Part shown: piece by piece, positions 49,800-62,211 of the stretch
Layout of the letters: the number at the start of each line of letters is the position of its first letter
Position numbering within the stretch: the stretch's first letter is position 1
DNA from: Trichoplax adhaerens
Lineage: Eukaryota > Animalia > Placozoa
Assembly: GCF_000150275.1 (NCBI RefSeq)
Contig: NW_002060946.1
Coordinates: 491,562 to 555,561 of the forward strand
Reading direction: 5' to 3'
Length of the DNA stretch: 64,000 bases
Notes under the pieces: model-generated
The model's input: only the letters and a program-made list of their open reading frames with translations
Database searches by the model: none
What the model was told of the DNA's origin: nothing
Program-made: the position numbers and the translations under genes

Positions 49800-51293
49800 C
49801 TATTCGCGTACTTCTATGCCTAGTTTGATTCCATTCTTAGGAGATAATGTTGGCCCAACTCGCAGTTGTAGAGGAATTTCCGTTTCCTTAACTACTGTAA
49901 ATTTCACTTTTTGCAATATACGAACTAGTGCGATCTTGATTTCCATCAGTGCAAATCTCATACCTATACAAACTCTTGGCCCGCCACCAAAGGGTAAATA
50001 AGATAGAGGATTTCGCTTTTGTTTCTCTTCTTGAGTAAATCGTTCTGGTATAAATTTCTCTGGATCTGGCCATTCTTTGCTATTACGATGTAAGGCATAA
50101 GCTGATATCATAACGGTGCCTCCCTTCTTAAATTTATATTTATCGATAGTATGATCGCAAGCTACTTCACGTATAGTTGTAGATGCTGTTGGATAAAGTC
50201 GTAATGTCTCACTAACTACCATATCTAGATATTTTAGTTCGTGAATTTTATCATAATTAAAGCTATCAGCTTGGGTTTGGAGAGCATCATCAATTTCATT
50301 AATCAATTTATCTTGGATTTCAGGATGTGTAGCTAATAAATAAACAGCAAATGATATCGTGTTAGCAGTAGTATCATAACCAGCTAATAGGAAGATCATA
50401 GATTGGGCAATAATTTCATCATCTGATAATTTGCCATTATTCTCTGCTTCCATCATTAATTGCAGTAAATCACGACGAGCAGGTTGATCTGATTGGCGTC
50501 TGTACTTAATTACTTGTCGAGCTGCTCGATCTAGGTGTTGGAAGTATTTAGCGTCAAAATCGAACGGTGATTTTCTAATTACTTTTAGCAAAGTAGGAGA
50601 AAGAATAGACATCAAAACCCTTAATTGTCCTCTATCAAAAATTTGAATAGCAGAATGGATTAATTTTGAGTTCAGCATTTGTACACCGAAAGCAACACTT
50701 AACATTGTCTCCATAGTAAATTCACCAAGCACCTTTCGTATATTAACAATCTCTTTCTTTTGACTACTATCAATCAGTGATTGCACCAATTTTGTTGTTA
50801 TATCATCAACAATTAGGAAGCTACTTCGCAACTTGTTGCCAGTAAAAGTGGGCGTAAGAATATCACGGATTCTTTTCCATTCTTGATCACGAGCAATAGC
50901 TACAGCTTTACTAAGACTATTTAATGGTAATTTAAAAGGTAATCGTCTATTTGGAAAGGCATGAAAATCTTTGATTAATATTTTCTTGACGATGTCAAAT
51001 TCCGATACAACAATCACTGGTTCACTCAAATAAAACATTCCAAAGACTTTTCCATATTCGTTTGTAAATTTTAAATGAGCTGAATTTTGATCACCTATCG
51101 CCATAACAGCTGGAATGTTGCCAAGTAATGGCCATGGCTTAGGTCCAGGAATGCCCAATTCTTTGAAGTATCTTAAAGCCTTGTAGTGACTATAAATCAT
51201 CTTACAAGTTATTATCACTGCAATTGCAGTAATTAAAACTGTGGTTGAGTGAAGTTGCCAAATATTTCCAACTGTACCGATTAAATTTAACAT
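49800..51293 (-). CDS. Cytochrome P450 (CYP3A-like clan 3), 497 aa, intronless
   Basis: PGPKPWP, AGYDTTA, ETLR, PERF, PFGGGPRVCIG. Confidence 0.95.
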   Translation of the reverse strand: MLNLIGTVGNIWQLHSTTVLITAIAVIITCKMIYSHYKALRYFKELGIPGPKPWPLLGNIPAVMAIGDQNSAHLKFTNEYGKVFGMFYLSEPVIVVSEFDIVKKILIKDFHAFPNRRLPFKLPLNSLSKAVAIARDQEWKRIRDILTPTFTGNKLRSSFLIVDDITTKLVQSLIDSSQKKEIVNIRKVLGEFTMETMLSVAFGVQMLNSKLIHSAIQIFDRGQLRVLMSILSPTLLKVIRKSPFDFDAKYFQHLDRAARQVIKYRRQSDQPARRDLLQLMMEAENNGKLSDDEIIAQSMIFLLAGYDTTANTISFAVYLLATHPEIQDKLINEIDDALQTQADSFNYDKIHELKYLDMVVSETLRLYPTASTTIREVACDHTIDKYKFKKGGTVMISAYALHRNSKEWPDPEKFIPERFTQEEKQKRNPLSYLPFGGGPRVCIGMRFALMEIKIALVRILQKVKFTVVKETEIPLQLRVGPTLSPKNGIKLGIEVRE

Positions 51294-54200
51294 TCTGGCT
51301 GCATTTAAATTTTAGAATCCTTTGTTGTATAAAACGCTGAAGTACGTATCGATTCCAATTTCAGCAATAGTAAATCGTGAATGAATGCAAGGGTAAAATG
51401 AGGTTAAGAATTCTACGATAACTTTAGGAAGTTATGATTCAATTCAGTAGAATCGTAGAATATGCCCAAAATTTGAGTCGACAAGTAGATCAAGTTGTAT
51501 TAAAAAACTACACTATCAACTGCACCCACAGTACGAGAGTACGCCCGACAAATGATAGCAAATGGAAAAACGTTATGGAAGATCCACAACACTTGTGATT
51601 ATTACCAGTAAATATTCTAGGCACTGTTTTCTTTTTCAAATACAACCAGATAATGGATTTGTTCTATATCAATTTTCAACAATTTTATTTTCTTATTGTG
51701 AGATCTTTGAATCGTTTATTTACACCCTCGCCTAATAATCGTACTTTCGGCTTCTATACCTGTCTATAGTATATTCTTATCACAAACCGAAATCTTTCTG
51801 ATGATTTCTGTTTAAAATATAGACTTTTTATCGCATTCAATCCTCTTCATGAATCTTGCAGTTGCAGCATATAATTGATGCTTAACTTTTACTGTTGTCT
51901 ACTTTTAGTTATTAAGAAAACAAGCTGAATCACTAGTCCAGCAATCTGTTCAATCTCCTGAAATCAATACGTAATCGCGCCGACATGCTAACTAGAAGAT
52001 TGTTTACAAAAAATCGTCCACGTACGCAGTTGATTCTGCCACTATATTCGTAGAACAACAATAGCAGCTGTTAAAGCCCGAAGGTAACCTATGGGGGATA
52101 TCATGACGTTCAAATCACGTGTATTATAGGCTAAGCTAATGAAAATAAAAAATTTCCATAACTGAATAACTCTATGGCGTACCTAATGCTAACAATGTGT
52201 CTTTGATGTGTAAATTATATATTCATGAGTAACTAAATGAAATAATACGGAGCATCTCAAAGATATAATACTTGTTAGTAATAAAGTGATGATAATTTCG
52301 AGAACTTATGATCTCAAATATCACATAATAATCAATAATTAATTAATCGTTCCATTTTTTCTGATATAGTGTCCGCGATCGTTTCTACTCATTTTTTGTT
52401 CGAAAAGCAAGTCATACCTTGCAGGTTTAATTTGCTTCTGCTATTGTTAATTATAGAAGTATATCTAGTTTGCATAAACAGACTTATACCACTGTTAGTA
52501 CTATATTTTGAACTACGTCCAACTGCAACACAAAATAGCCATGTTAAGACCATAGGAAGAACTTTTGTGGTTAGGACTTTCAGGGCTAATATCGCAGTAT
52601 ATAATAACTACTTACCTAATCTTGACTTAGTGAAAAATGATAACACCAATAATATACAGCATATCTTTCTCAGCACGCAGTACAATTATTACCTACAGCA
52701 CTAGAATACATCTGTATGGGCAGGATGAAATTATATAGTTTGGTGGTTAATAAATTTGTAATCGTACGCATATCTATATCTATGCTTTGAAAATAAACTA
52801 AAGTTTATGATAGAAACTGATTACCTACAGTGTTTAAATGCATCTTTATGGAGATGAAATTATATAGCATAATTGTAAATAAATTACTCATGTTATGTCT
52901 ATTTCTATGCAAGAAACATGAAATTTTTATAGTGGGAAGTCAGTTATCGTATTCCATTATATGGTTTTCCTATACGATACCATGAAATGCTTCAATCTAG
53001 TTACAAATAAGTTACTGATCTTATTGTCGCATCTGTGCAATAAGCCAAAATTGTGGTACAGTATATGTATATATAGATATACAGTACGATAAAACCTGAT
53101 ATATTATAAATCTTGTTATTTTACACGTTGGAGCACATACTGCGTTAGCACGTCTCTAAGGGGGCTAGATGAACTGATTTACGAGTAAATTACTAATTAT
53201 TAACTAAGCTCTGTTCAATATACCGAAATTCTATGATAGGAAATTCTTATCTGTAGTGTTGCCAATATCTATAGATAGTACCTTATAAAAGAAAGTACCG
53301 GACGAATAACTATAATGCCAGAAATTTGAAAATGCTCTTTACCTTCAAAAAGTAGATATGGATATATACAATTGTAAAGTATACAACTTTCTAGATTTTA
53401 ATGAACATAGAAACGTAGCGGCTATTTCTATTAAAATTTATTTAAGTATCGGCATAGCTATCAAAATTTTTATTGAAATTCAATTGAAAGATAAAGATAT
53501 TTATCTTCAAAAGAGAAGTTTATTTATTCAAAGTTGTACTATCATAGTAACAATTGACAAGTTTATCTACGGACAGTACAATATTAAAATTCTATGAAAT
53601 TATCGATATAGATCATAATGTAAATAACTAAAAATGACCGAAGTAATGCATATTCTACGTAAGTTTAAGCAAATCTACCGAGGTTAGTATCCATTAGCAA
53701 CGACAATTACTTGCTTTTAAGCTCAATCTCAAGGCAACGCAACAAGTTATAACAAAAATTTTTAAATTTTTACTGCAATAAGTAATTAAAATCAAAGTAG
53801 ATTACAAACGTATAACAAAAGACTACTTATACCACTTACACAGTATTGTTTTCCCAATTTCCTACAATTTACGCAATTTACTGTAATTAGCATAAAGCGA
53901 AGCCATTCCTGCATTTATTCTCCTATTGAGATGTCATTTAGTTAAAATGCATAAATAATCGCTGAGATTTATTATCGTATTCAAAAATAGTACTATGGGT
54001 ATACGATAAGCCTGTTATAATCAATTCCAGAATGATATCAACAAGTCATTGGTATTTTATTATCGGCAAATTAAATTAGAAGTTCCGCTAAGTTTATTTG
54101 AATTAACAATCCAATTGATCTTATCTTTGAAACTACCACTTTAAAGTAATATTAACTACCGTTAAATGCTTTGTATGGTAGCAATATGGGAATTTACTAT

Positions 54201-54512
54201 TAACGTGAACTTTATTATTCAAATAAGAGTTTAATAAAGTTCCAGTCAGAATTGTTATAATATTGATAAATTAGCCCATTGGCTTTTTATTGATCTTAAC
54301 TTTTCGTATCGTATCTATCTTTATATCTATATTCACCTAACTCACGCAATTAATATTAGAACTTATCTTCCGAGCTATTTTTGATTACTAGAGCTTATTG
54401 TGTAATATTTGATATGTTATCGCTAACTACTAAGTATTCTAAGAATTCGATCTATTGATAATTTGTAACAGTACGATAATTTACAATAATGTCATTATTT
54501 TCAACAATTACT

Positions 54513-56021
54513 TTATGGTAAACACCTTCCTTCTAATCCTATCTTGATACCATTTTTCGGGGAAATAGTAATTGCAGCATTCAGATGTAGTGGCACCTCG
54601 GTTTCTTTAACACGAATAAACTTAACAGCTCGTAACACTGTTACTAATGCTATTTTTACTTCCATTAGAGCAAATCTCATACCAATACAGATTCTTGGTC
54701 CAGTACCAAACGGTAAATAACTCATCGGATTGCGTTTTCGTTTCTCTTCTTGAGTAAACCGTTCCGGTATAAATTTTTCTGGATCGGGCCATTCTGTACT
54801 ATCACGTTGAAGAGCATAAGTAGGTATTAATACTGATGTCCCAGCAATAAATTGGTAATCTCCAATAGTACAATCTTGAGCTGCTTCGCGCATAAGAATC
54901 GGGGCAGGCGGATAAAGTCTTAATGTTTCAGCGATAACCATGTCTAAATATTTTAAGTCATAGATTTGTTCATAACTTAAATCGTCGTCGATTCTACTGA
55001 ACGCATCATCAATTTCATTAATTAGCTTTTCTTGAACATCGGGATTAAGGGCAAGTAAGTAGCTAATAAAAGATAGGGTGCTAGCAGTGGTTTCGTAACC
55101 AGCTAGTAAAAAGACAAAACTTTGAGCAACAATATCATCATCCGATAATTTGCCAGATTGTTGTGCATCTAACATTAATTGTAACAAATCTTTACGCTCA
55201 GGAGCACCAGATTGGCGCCGCTCTTTGATAATTTGACGAGCTACACGATCTAAACGTCGGAAATATTTAGCTTCAAAATCTAATGGTGAACTCCTAATTA
55301 ATTCAAGTAAGTAAGGCGATATTATTGCAAGTAAAACTCTCGTTCCTACTCCGGAGAACAATTTGGAAGCTGCATCAGTTAAAGCTGTGTCTTGAGTATT
55401 CAGCTGTACGCCAAACGCGACACTTAAGATCACCTCCATCGTAAATTTTCCAAACACTTTTCGTGCATCGATAATTTCTCCTTGACGTGCATATGATGTT
55501 AAAGCAGATCGAAGTTCTTGTGATGAATTATCAACAATTGGCAATACTGCTTTTAATTTATTAGCACTAAATGTAGGAGTGATTGTATCTCGAATATTTT
55601 TCCATTCTTGGTCTCGTACAACAGTTAAGGCCTTATTAAGGTAATCGAACGGAAATTTTACTGGTACTCGCCTGTTTGGAAATAAATGAAAGTTCTTGAC
55701 TAATATCTTTTTAATCATCTCATAATCAGAGACGAGGGTTATCTGTTCAGTACCATAGAACAAGCCGACTACTTTCCCATACTTTTTAATATAGTACATA
55801 TGAGCTAGATGTTGACCTCCTAGTTGACCAATTTCGGGTACATTGCCTAAAATAGGCCATGGTTTAGGTCCAGGTATACCTAATTTGATGAAATGTTGCA
55901 GTATTGTGACGTATTTGTGGTAGAAGAAGTAGATAATTAAGAAAGCGATTAAGGCCACCAAAACTGCAGTAGGATGTAACTCCCAAATATCTTGTATACA
56001 TTTCAATAGATTAGATAGCAT
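54513..56021 (-). CDS. Cytochrome P450 (CYP3A-like clan 3), 502 aa, intronless
   Basis: PGPKPWP, AGYETTA, ETLR, PERF, PFGTGPRICIG. Confidence 0.95.
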   Translation of the reverse strand: MLSNLLKCIQDIWELHPTAVLVALIAFLIIYFFYHKYVTILQHFIKLGIPGPKPWPILGNVPEIGQLGGQHLAHMYYIKKYGKVVGLFYGTEQITLVSDYEMIKKILVKNFHLFPNRRVPVKFPFDYLNKALTVVRDQEWKNIRDTITPTFSANKLKAVLPIVDNSSQELRSALTSYARQGEIIDARKVFGKFTMEVILSVAFGVQLNTQDTALTDAASKLFSGVGTRVLLAIISPYLLELIRSSPLDFEAKYFRRLDRVARQIIKERRQSGAPERKDLLQLMLDAQQSGKLSDDDIVAQSFVFLLAGYETTASTLSFISYLLALNPDVQEKLINEIDDAFSRIDDDLSYEQIYDLKYLDMVIAETLRLYPPAPILMREAAQDCTIGDYQFIAGTSVLIPTYALQRDSTEWPDPEKFIPERFTQEEKRKRNPMSYLPFGTGPRICIGMRFALMEVKIALVTVLRAVKFIRVKETEVPLHLNAAITISPKNGIKIGLEGRCLP

Positions 56022-58818
56022 GGTTGTTGCAATAGTTCTTCCTTTCCTTTGTAAAATTGATGAAGAATACTGTTTAAAATTAAAACTGAATAAAAATTAT
56101 GCAGCTTTCACGTTTAAAAATTTAATTACTGAATAATAAAACGAGGTATCACTTAATCAAACATTTAATAGTCATTTGCAGGTAGATATCTTATCTTAGC
56201 TTTATACACGGTCTCGAACGAATAATTTGCGTAGACATACAGATTTTTACAGTATTAGTACACTAACTAAGTAATATCAAAAAGGTAATTGCAAATAAAG
56301 ACTTGGGCTATTACCTCTATCCAGGTATCTACTAGTGCGGTTGATAGATAACTCACCTTATCCACTATAGACCGATTACTTGCATGGGTTTAAAGTCTAA
56401 GTAACGTTAACTAATTATATAATTAGATAATCTCTGCTTTATCACTAAGTAAGCAACCAATCTCTTTCAATGAAGTGTGTTTTAGTTAGCTAATATTACA
56501 TTTGAAGTTGTGCAATTTATTAAATTTGTATGAAATATACGGTACAATATTATCTTTCATTTAATTGTATAAATTTCGCTAAACCTACGAAGTAAACAGT
56601 GAATCTTCTTCAATTAGCAGGTATTGAATAAGATAAAGTTAAGGTCAGTCAGTCAGTGCCAGTGATAATGTGCAGTTAAGTAAAAAGTACACGAATAGTA
56701 AGAGAAGTGTAATGAGCGAGGGATCGATTAGTTAATCACAATAATAAAGCACTTGGCAGTGGACACTGGAAGAAAATTTGTTGTTGCTTTTGTATGGCAG
56801 GTACACTAAAGCAACTGAATGAACTATTTCAACCTGACTAAGGTGCATCGAGCTATTATGCAGATTATTATGCGTTTGCTAGGTAGGCAAGACACGTTAT
56901 CTACTTGGTCAAAGTACAGTAGAAGCATTTATTGAACTGAACTCCATTCAAGATCTTTTATTGCATGTTTGCATCCAATTTATGTAGACGCTACAGTAGT
57001 GTCTAGACCCAATAAAAAGCTTATTCAGCACTTGCTAGCTAGTCCAGATTCGCTGTCTACTTGCTAAAGAAGAAGCATTTACCGTATTTAACTCCATTCA
57101 CGATGTTTATTGCACATTTCCATAAAGATAGACGTTGGTGTCTAGAGCTAAATGAAAAGTAAAAGCACTCACTGCGTTCAATTTAATTTAAGATTTTACT
57201 GCAAGCTTGCATTTGTAGGCAATGTGATGTGGTCTTACTGTATGTGCTATTATGCACTCACCAATTGATGAAGGTTCGCTAGTTTTACTGGATAAAAGTA
57301 CTAGCGCTCTTACAACGCAATGAACAACCTTCTACCGTACGATTGAAAATAATCCGACAATATTGATAGACTTAAAGTATCGATAAGATTAGCTTACTTA
57401 GAACTTGCCACGTCGTACTTGAAGAGCTTGTTTACTTCGTAAGACTTTCGATCTAAGTGAAGATTTTCTACCGCATTTTCATATATAAAACTGTGATTAG
57501 CGATGCCATGTCATCCATTCTCGCGCTTGCGTGTGATGGTGATCCACGTCGACAATCCATTGTCATTAATTAGTCTAATAAGCCAATGTTTATTTGAGTT
57601 AGAAAAGTTTTAAGAATAGTAATGATAGCCAATTGTAGTAGTGATTTTAGCTGATACTAGTAGTAATGAAGTTCGAGTTGGAAGTTTTACTGTGATTTAA
57701 TGTACTGTGTGATGTAGAATAGTCTGTTATGGTTAACAAATGAAGTAATTGTAGATGATAGCTGGTAGAGGGGTTACAAAACCATTCATTACAGGCTCAT
57801 GCAATAACGAGAAATCGCGAAAAATAAAATGTGACCTCGAGCCTTCCGTAGAAAGATTGAAGCAAATGAATGAGAGCTCATTACAGTAGCAGTATCAGCT
57901 AATTCAGTAATAATGGAAATTTTAACTGCAATCTGAAATACTGTGTGATGTAGATTACTCGATTATGCTTAGCTCATAAAGTAATTATAGATGATGGCTG
58001 GTATGGAGTTAATACTGTCCTTTATACCTCTTGGAAAGTGGATGTTGTTGGAATGGTCTGCCCGAAGTATATCGCATACACTTTGTCGACTATTCTTTAC
58101 TTGCTCGTATACATACAGTTCATCATTTATGCAAGTTATATTTACACGGAATGAAACAATGCCTGCAATTACTTTATCAATGATTTATCATCCAGCTGAA
58201 AATGTACAAACATTAGCTGTAGTCACCAACATTTCTTATTTATGTAGTTTATGTAGTACACATTCTGCAACCTGTTATAATCAATTTCAGAATGAGACGA
58301 ATAACCCAAAGAGTAATTCTATTATGGGCAGATTAAATTGAAAGTTCCACTATATTTTGTTTAAATTAGCAATAAAATTAATCTCAATCTTGAAATCCGT
58401 ACTCTATATATAAAATTAACTGTCACGAAATACTGTACTTTGGCTACATCCGTGTGAAAATTGACTATTAATGTGAACAGTCGATTCTTATAAGAGTTAA
58501 ATATAATCTCAATCAGAATTATAGAAACACTTGCAAATCAGTTTAGCTTAATTTTTATTATTAATCTTTATTCCTTGTATCTTAAGGAATCTATCCTTTC
58601 ATAATTATAATATATGTACGCTATGTTATATTACTTATCTTGTATCACGACTCAGTCTATATCTGTAGATTATTAAGTAACATCTGACATGTTACAGCTA
58701 TCTTCCTTGTATGCTAAAGAATTCGATCTATTGATAGTTTTATAATAGTGCAATAACTTATGTATCATTCATTAATTCACAGTATCTTAATTATTTTACA
58801 ATAACTACTGTACTTAGT

Positions 58819-60328
58819 TTATGGTGAACTCCTTTCCTCTAATCCTATCTTGATACCATTTTTCGGTGAAATAGTAATTCCAGCATTTAGTTGTAATGGC
58901 ACCTCGGTTTCTTTAACACGAATAAACTTAACTGTTCGTAACACTGTTACTAATGCTATCTTTATTTCCATTAGAGCAAATCTCATAGCAATGCAGATTC
59001 TTGGTCCAGCACCAAAAGGTAAGTAACTCATCGAGCTACGTTTTTGTTTCTCTTCTTGAGTAAACCGTTCCGGTATAAACTTTTCTGGATCAGGCCATTC
59101 TGCGCTATCACGTTGAAGGGCATAAGTAGATAGCATAATTGATGTTCCAGCAACAAATTGGTAATCTCCAATAGTACAGTCTTGAGCTACTTCGCGTATA
59201 ATAATAGGAATAGGCGGATAAAGTCTTAATGTTTCGGTAATAACCATATCTAAATATTTTAATTCAAATATTTGTTCATAACTTAAATCGTCGTCGACTC
59301 CACTGAATGCATCGTCAACTTCATTAATTAATCTCTCTTGAACATCGGGATTAACGGCAAGTAAGTAACACACAGAAGATAGAGTATTAGCAGTAGTTTC
59401 GTAACCAGCTAGTAGAAAGATAAAACTTTGAGCAATAATATCGTCATCCGATAATTTACCAGATTCTCGTCCATCTAACACTAATTGTAAGAAGTCTTTA
59501 CTCTTAGGAGCGCTAGATTGACGCCGCTCTTTGATAACTTGGCGAGCTGCATGATCTAATTGTTGAAAATATTTAGCTTCAAAATCTAACGGTGATTTTC
59601 TGGTTAATTCGAGCAAACTAAGGTGATATTATTGTAAATAGAATTCTCCTCGGTATTCCAGAAAGCATTTTGGAAGCTGCATTAGTTAAAGTAGTATCTT
59701 GAGTATTTAGCTGTACGCCAAACGCGACACTTAAGATTACCTCCATTGTAAATTTCCCAAATACGTCTCGTGCATCGATAATTTCTCCTTGTTGTGCGTA
59801 AGATATTAAAGCAGATCGAAGCTTTCGTGACGAATTATCGACAATTGGTAATACTGCTTTTAACTTATTAGCACTAAATGTAGGAGTGATAGTATCTCGA
59901 ATGGTTTTCCACTCTTGATCTCTTGAAAAAGCTAACATTTTATCAAGGTAGTCGAATGGAAACTTTATTGGCAATCGTCTGTTAGGAAATAAATGAAAGT
60001 CTTTGATTAATATCTTTTTGATTATCTCGTAATCGGAGACAAGGGTTAATCGTTCAGTACCATAGAATAAGCCGACTACTTTTCCGTACTTTTTAGTGTA
60101 ATACATATGAGCTAGATGTTGACCGCCTAGTCGAGCAATTTCGGGTATATTGCCTAGAATAGGCCATGGTTTAGGTCCAGGTATGCCTAATTTGTCGAAA
60201 TGTTGTAGTATAGTGATATATCTGTAGTAGAAGATGTAGATAATTAAAGCAGCAAATATAGCTACTAGAACTGCAGTAGAATGTATCTGCCAAATATCTT
60301 GTACACAGTTCAATAGATTAGATAGCAT
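58819..60328 (-). pseudogene. Frameshifted cytochrome P450, near-identical to 62212-63720
   Basis: Span is 1510 nt versus 1509 for the intact copy. An extra base at 59620/59621 turns CCT AGT TTG into CCT TAG and splits the ORF. The heme motif is also changed from CIG to CIA. Confidence 0.82.
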
Positions 60329-62211
60329 CGTTGTTGTACTAGTTCTTTCTTTCAGCTTGTAGACTTGTCAAGTATGTACTACCGGTACTTGATGAAAATT
60401 CGCATTCAATATACGTCTGGATACAAATTAAACCACGTCTATAGGCTTTAAATAGAAGTGAAAAGCTTTCTTCATTCCAAAAAAGCGAGGGAATTCGGTT
60501 ATTGTCACTATGGCTACTGATGAGATTTGCGCTTGCGTGTAATATAAATTTACTTAAAGAATTAAATTAAATTGGACGTAACTGAAATTATAGTAAAAGA
60601 TTTATTCTGAGATTGCCTTGAAAACTTAATTTCGATCAATCATCATGACCACCGATCAATTACTGTACTGTATGATTTAAAGTACTGTAGTGGGCAATCT
60701 ATTCCTTATTAGGAGAATACAGTAATGAGAAATACTTCTCTCTCTTTATAAAGTAAAAGAAAGACTCGAGTCTTATTCGGTTTACGATGAAAAATTATAT
60801 ATCTAGTAATGAAAGCCTAGTCAATTGTATTGGAGTTGAGTAAATCATTATTGAACTTTTAGGAATTTATATAGTGACTCAACAACTACAAAAATATCTA
60901 TTAAAAGCACTTTCTATCCGTAACTGAAATGGAAATGAATTTTGAGTGTAATAATAGTGATTGAGTAAACAATAACACAGTATTTTAAAATTTATTTATC
61001 TAGTAGTAAGACTGGATAATAAAATAACAAATTAGATAAATAAATTTGCGAAAGAAATGAATCCCGAAAAATTCAATGAAGATTAGTAAAGCAAAAGACT
61101 TTACTATAGTTTATAACACGTTCATAAGAAGCAAAAATTGCATTATGTTAAATTTCTGATTTGATGTCACGGCCAATAGTAAGTCTAATTTACACAATAT
61201 TGTAATATAAGATAAGATAAGGCAAGGCATAACATCTATCGAACTTCAGACTTAAATAAACTCTCAACGTTAAATACACAGACAGAATGAAAATCGGAAA
61301 TTTACATGCACATTGAAAAACATTGATAGATTAAAATGAAAATATACCGATATCGTCACTTCGGTAATTGCATTGTAAAACGGTAAGTAAAAGCCACAAG
61401 GTACATTATTTACAGAGATTACAATCCAACCTAAGAAGTTTCATTGTCGATTAAACACTTAAAAATCAGAATAATTGTCGATTATTCTTTACATACTTTA
61501 TACATACATATTACATACCACAATTTATGTAACTTAATTTGCATGGAATGAAACAATACCTGCAATTACTTTATCAATGATATATTATGCAATAAAAACG
61601 TACAAACAGTAGCTGTAATCACTAATACTTACTATTTATATAGATTTATATTCTACGCATTATACAAACCTGTTATAATCAATTTCAGAGTGATACGAGT
61701 AACCCAAAGAGTAATTCTATTATGGGCAGATTAAATTGAAAGCTCCACTAAATTTTGTTCAAATTAGCAATAAAATTAATCTCAGTATTGAAATCGGTTC
61801 TCTATAATATTAACTGTCACGAAATACTGTACTTTGGCTACATCCGTATGAAAATTAACTATTAATGTGAACAGTCGATTCTTATAAGAGTTAAATGTAA
61901 TCTCAATCAGAATTATAGAAACACTGTAAATCAGTTTGGCTTAATTTTTATTATTAATTTTTATTCCTTGTATCTTAAGGAATCTATCCTTTCATAATTA
62001 TAATATATGTAGGCTATGTTATATTACTTATCTTGTATCACGACTCAGTCTATATCTGTAGATTATTAAGTAATATCTGACATGTTACAGCTATCTTCCT
62101 AGTATGCTAAAGAATTCGATCTATTGATAGTTTTATGATAGTGCAATAACTTATGTATCATTCATTAATTCACAGTATCTTAATTATTTTACAATAACTA
62201 CTGTACTTAGT

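Noticed and set aside
59600-59640. Programmed frameshift or tiny intron rescuing the split P450
   Set aside because: No slippery heptamer or splice signals; a 1-nt insertion relative to the intact paralog explains it.
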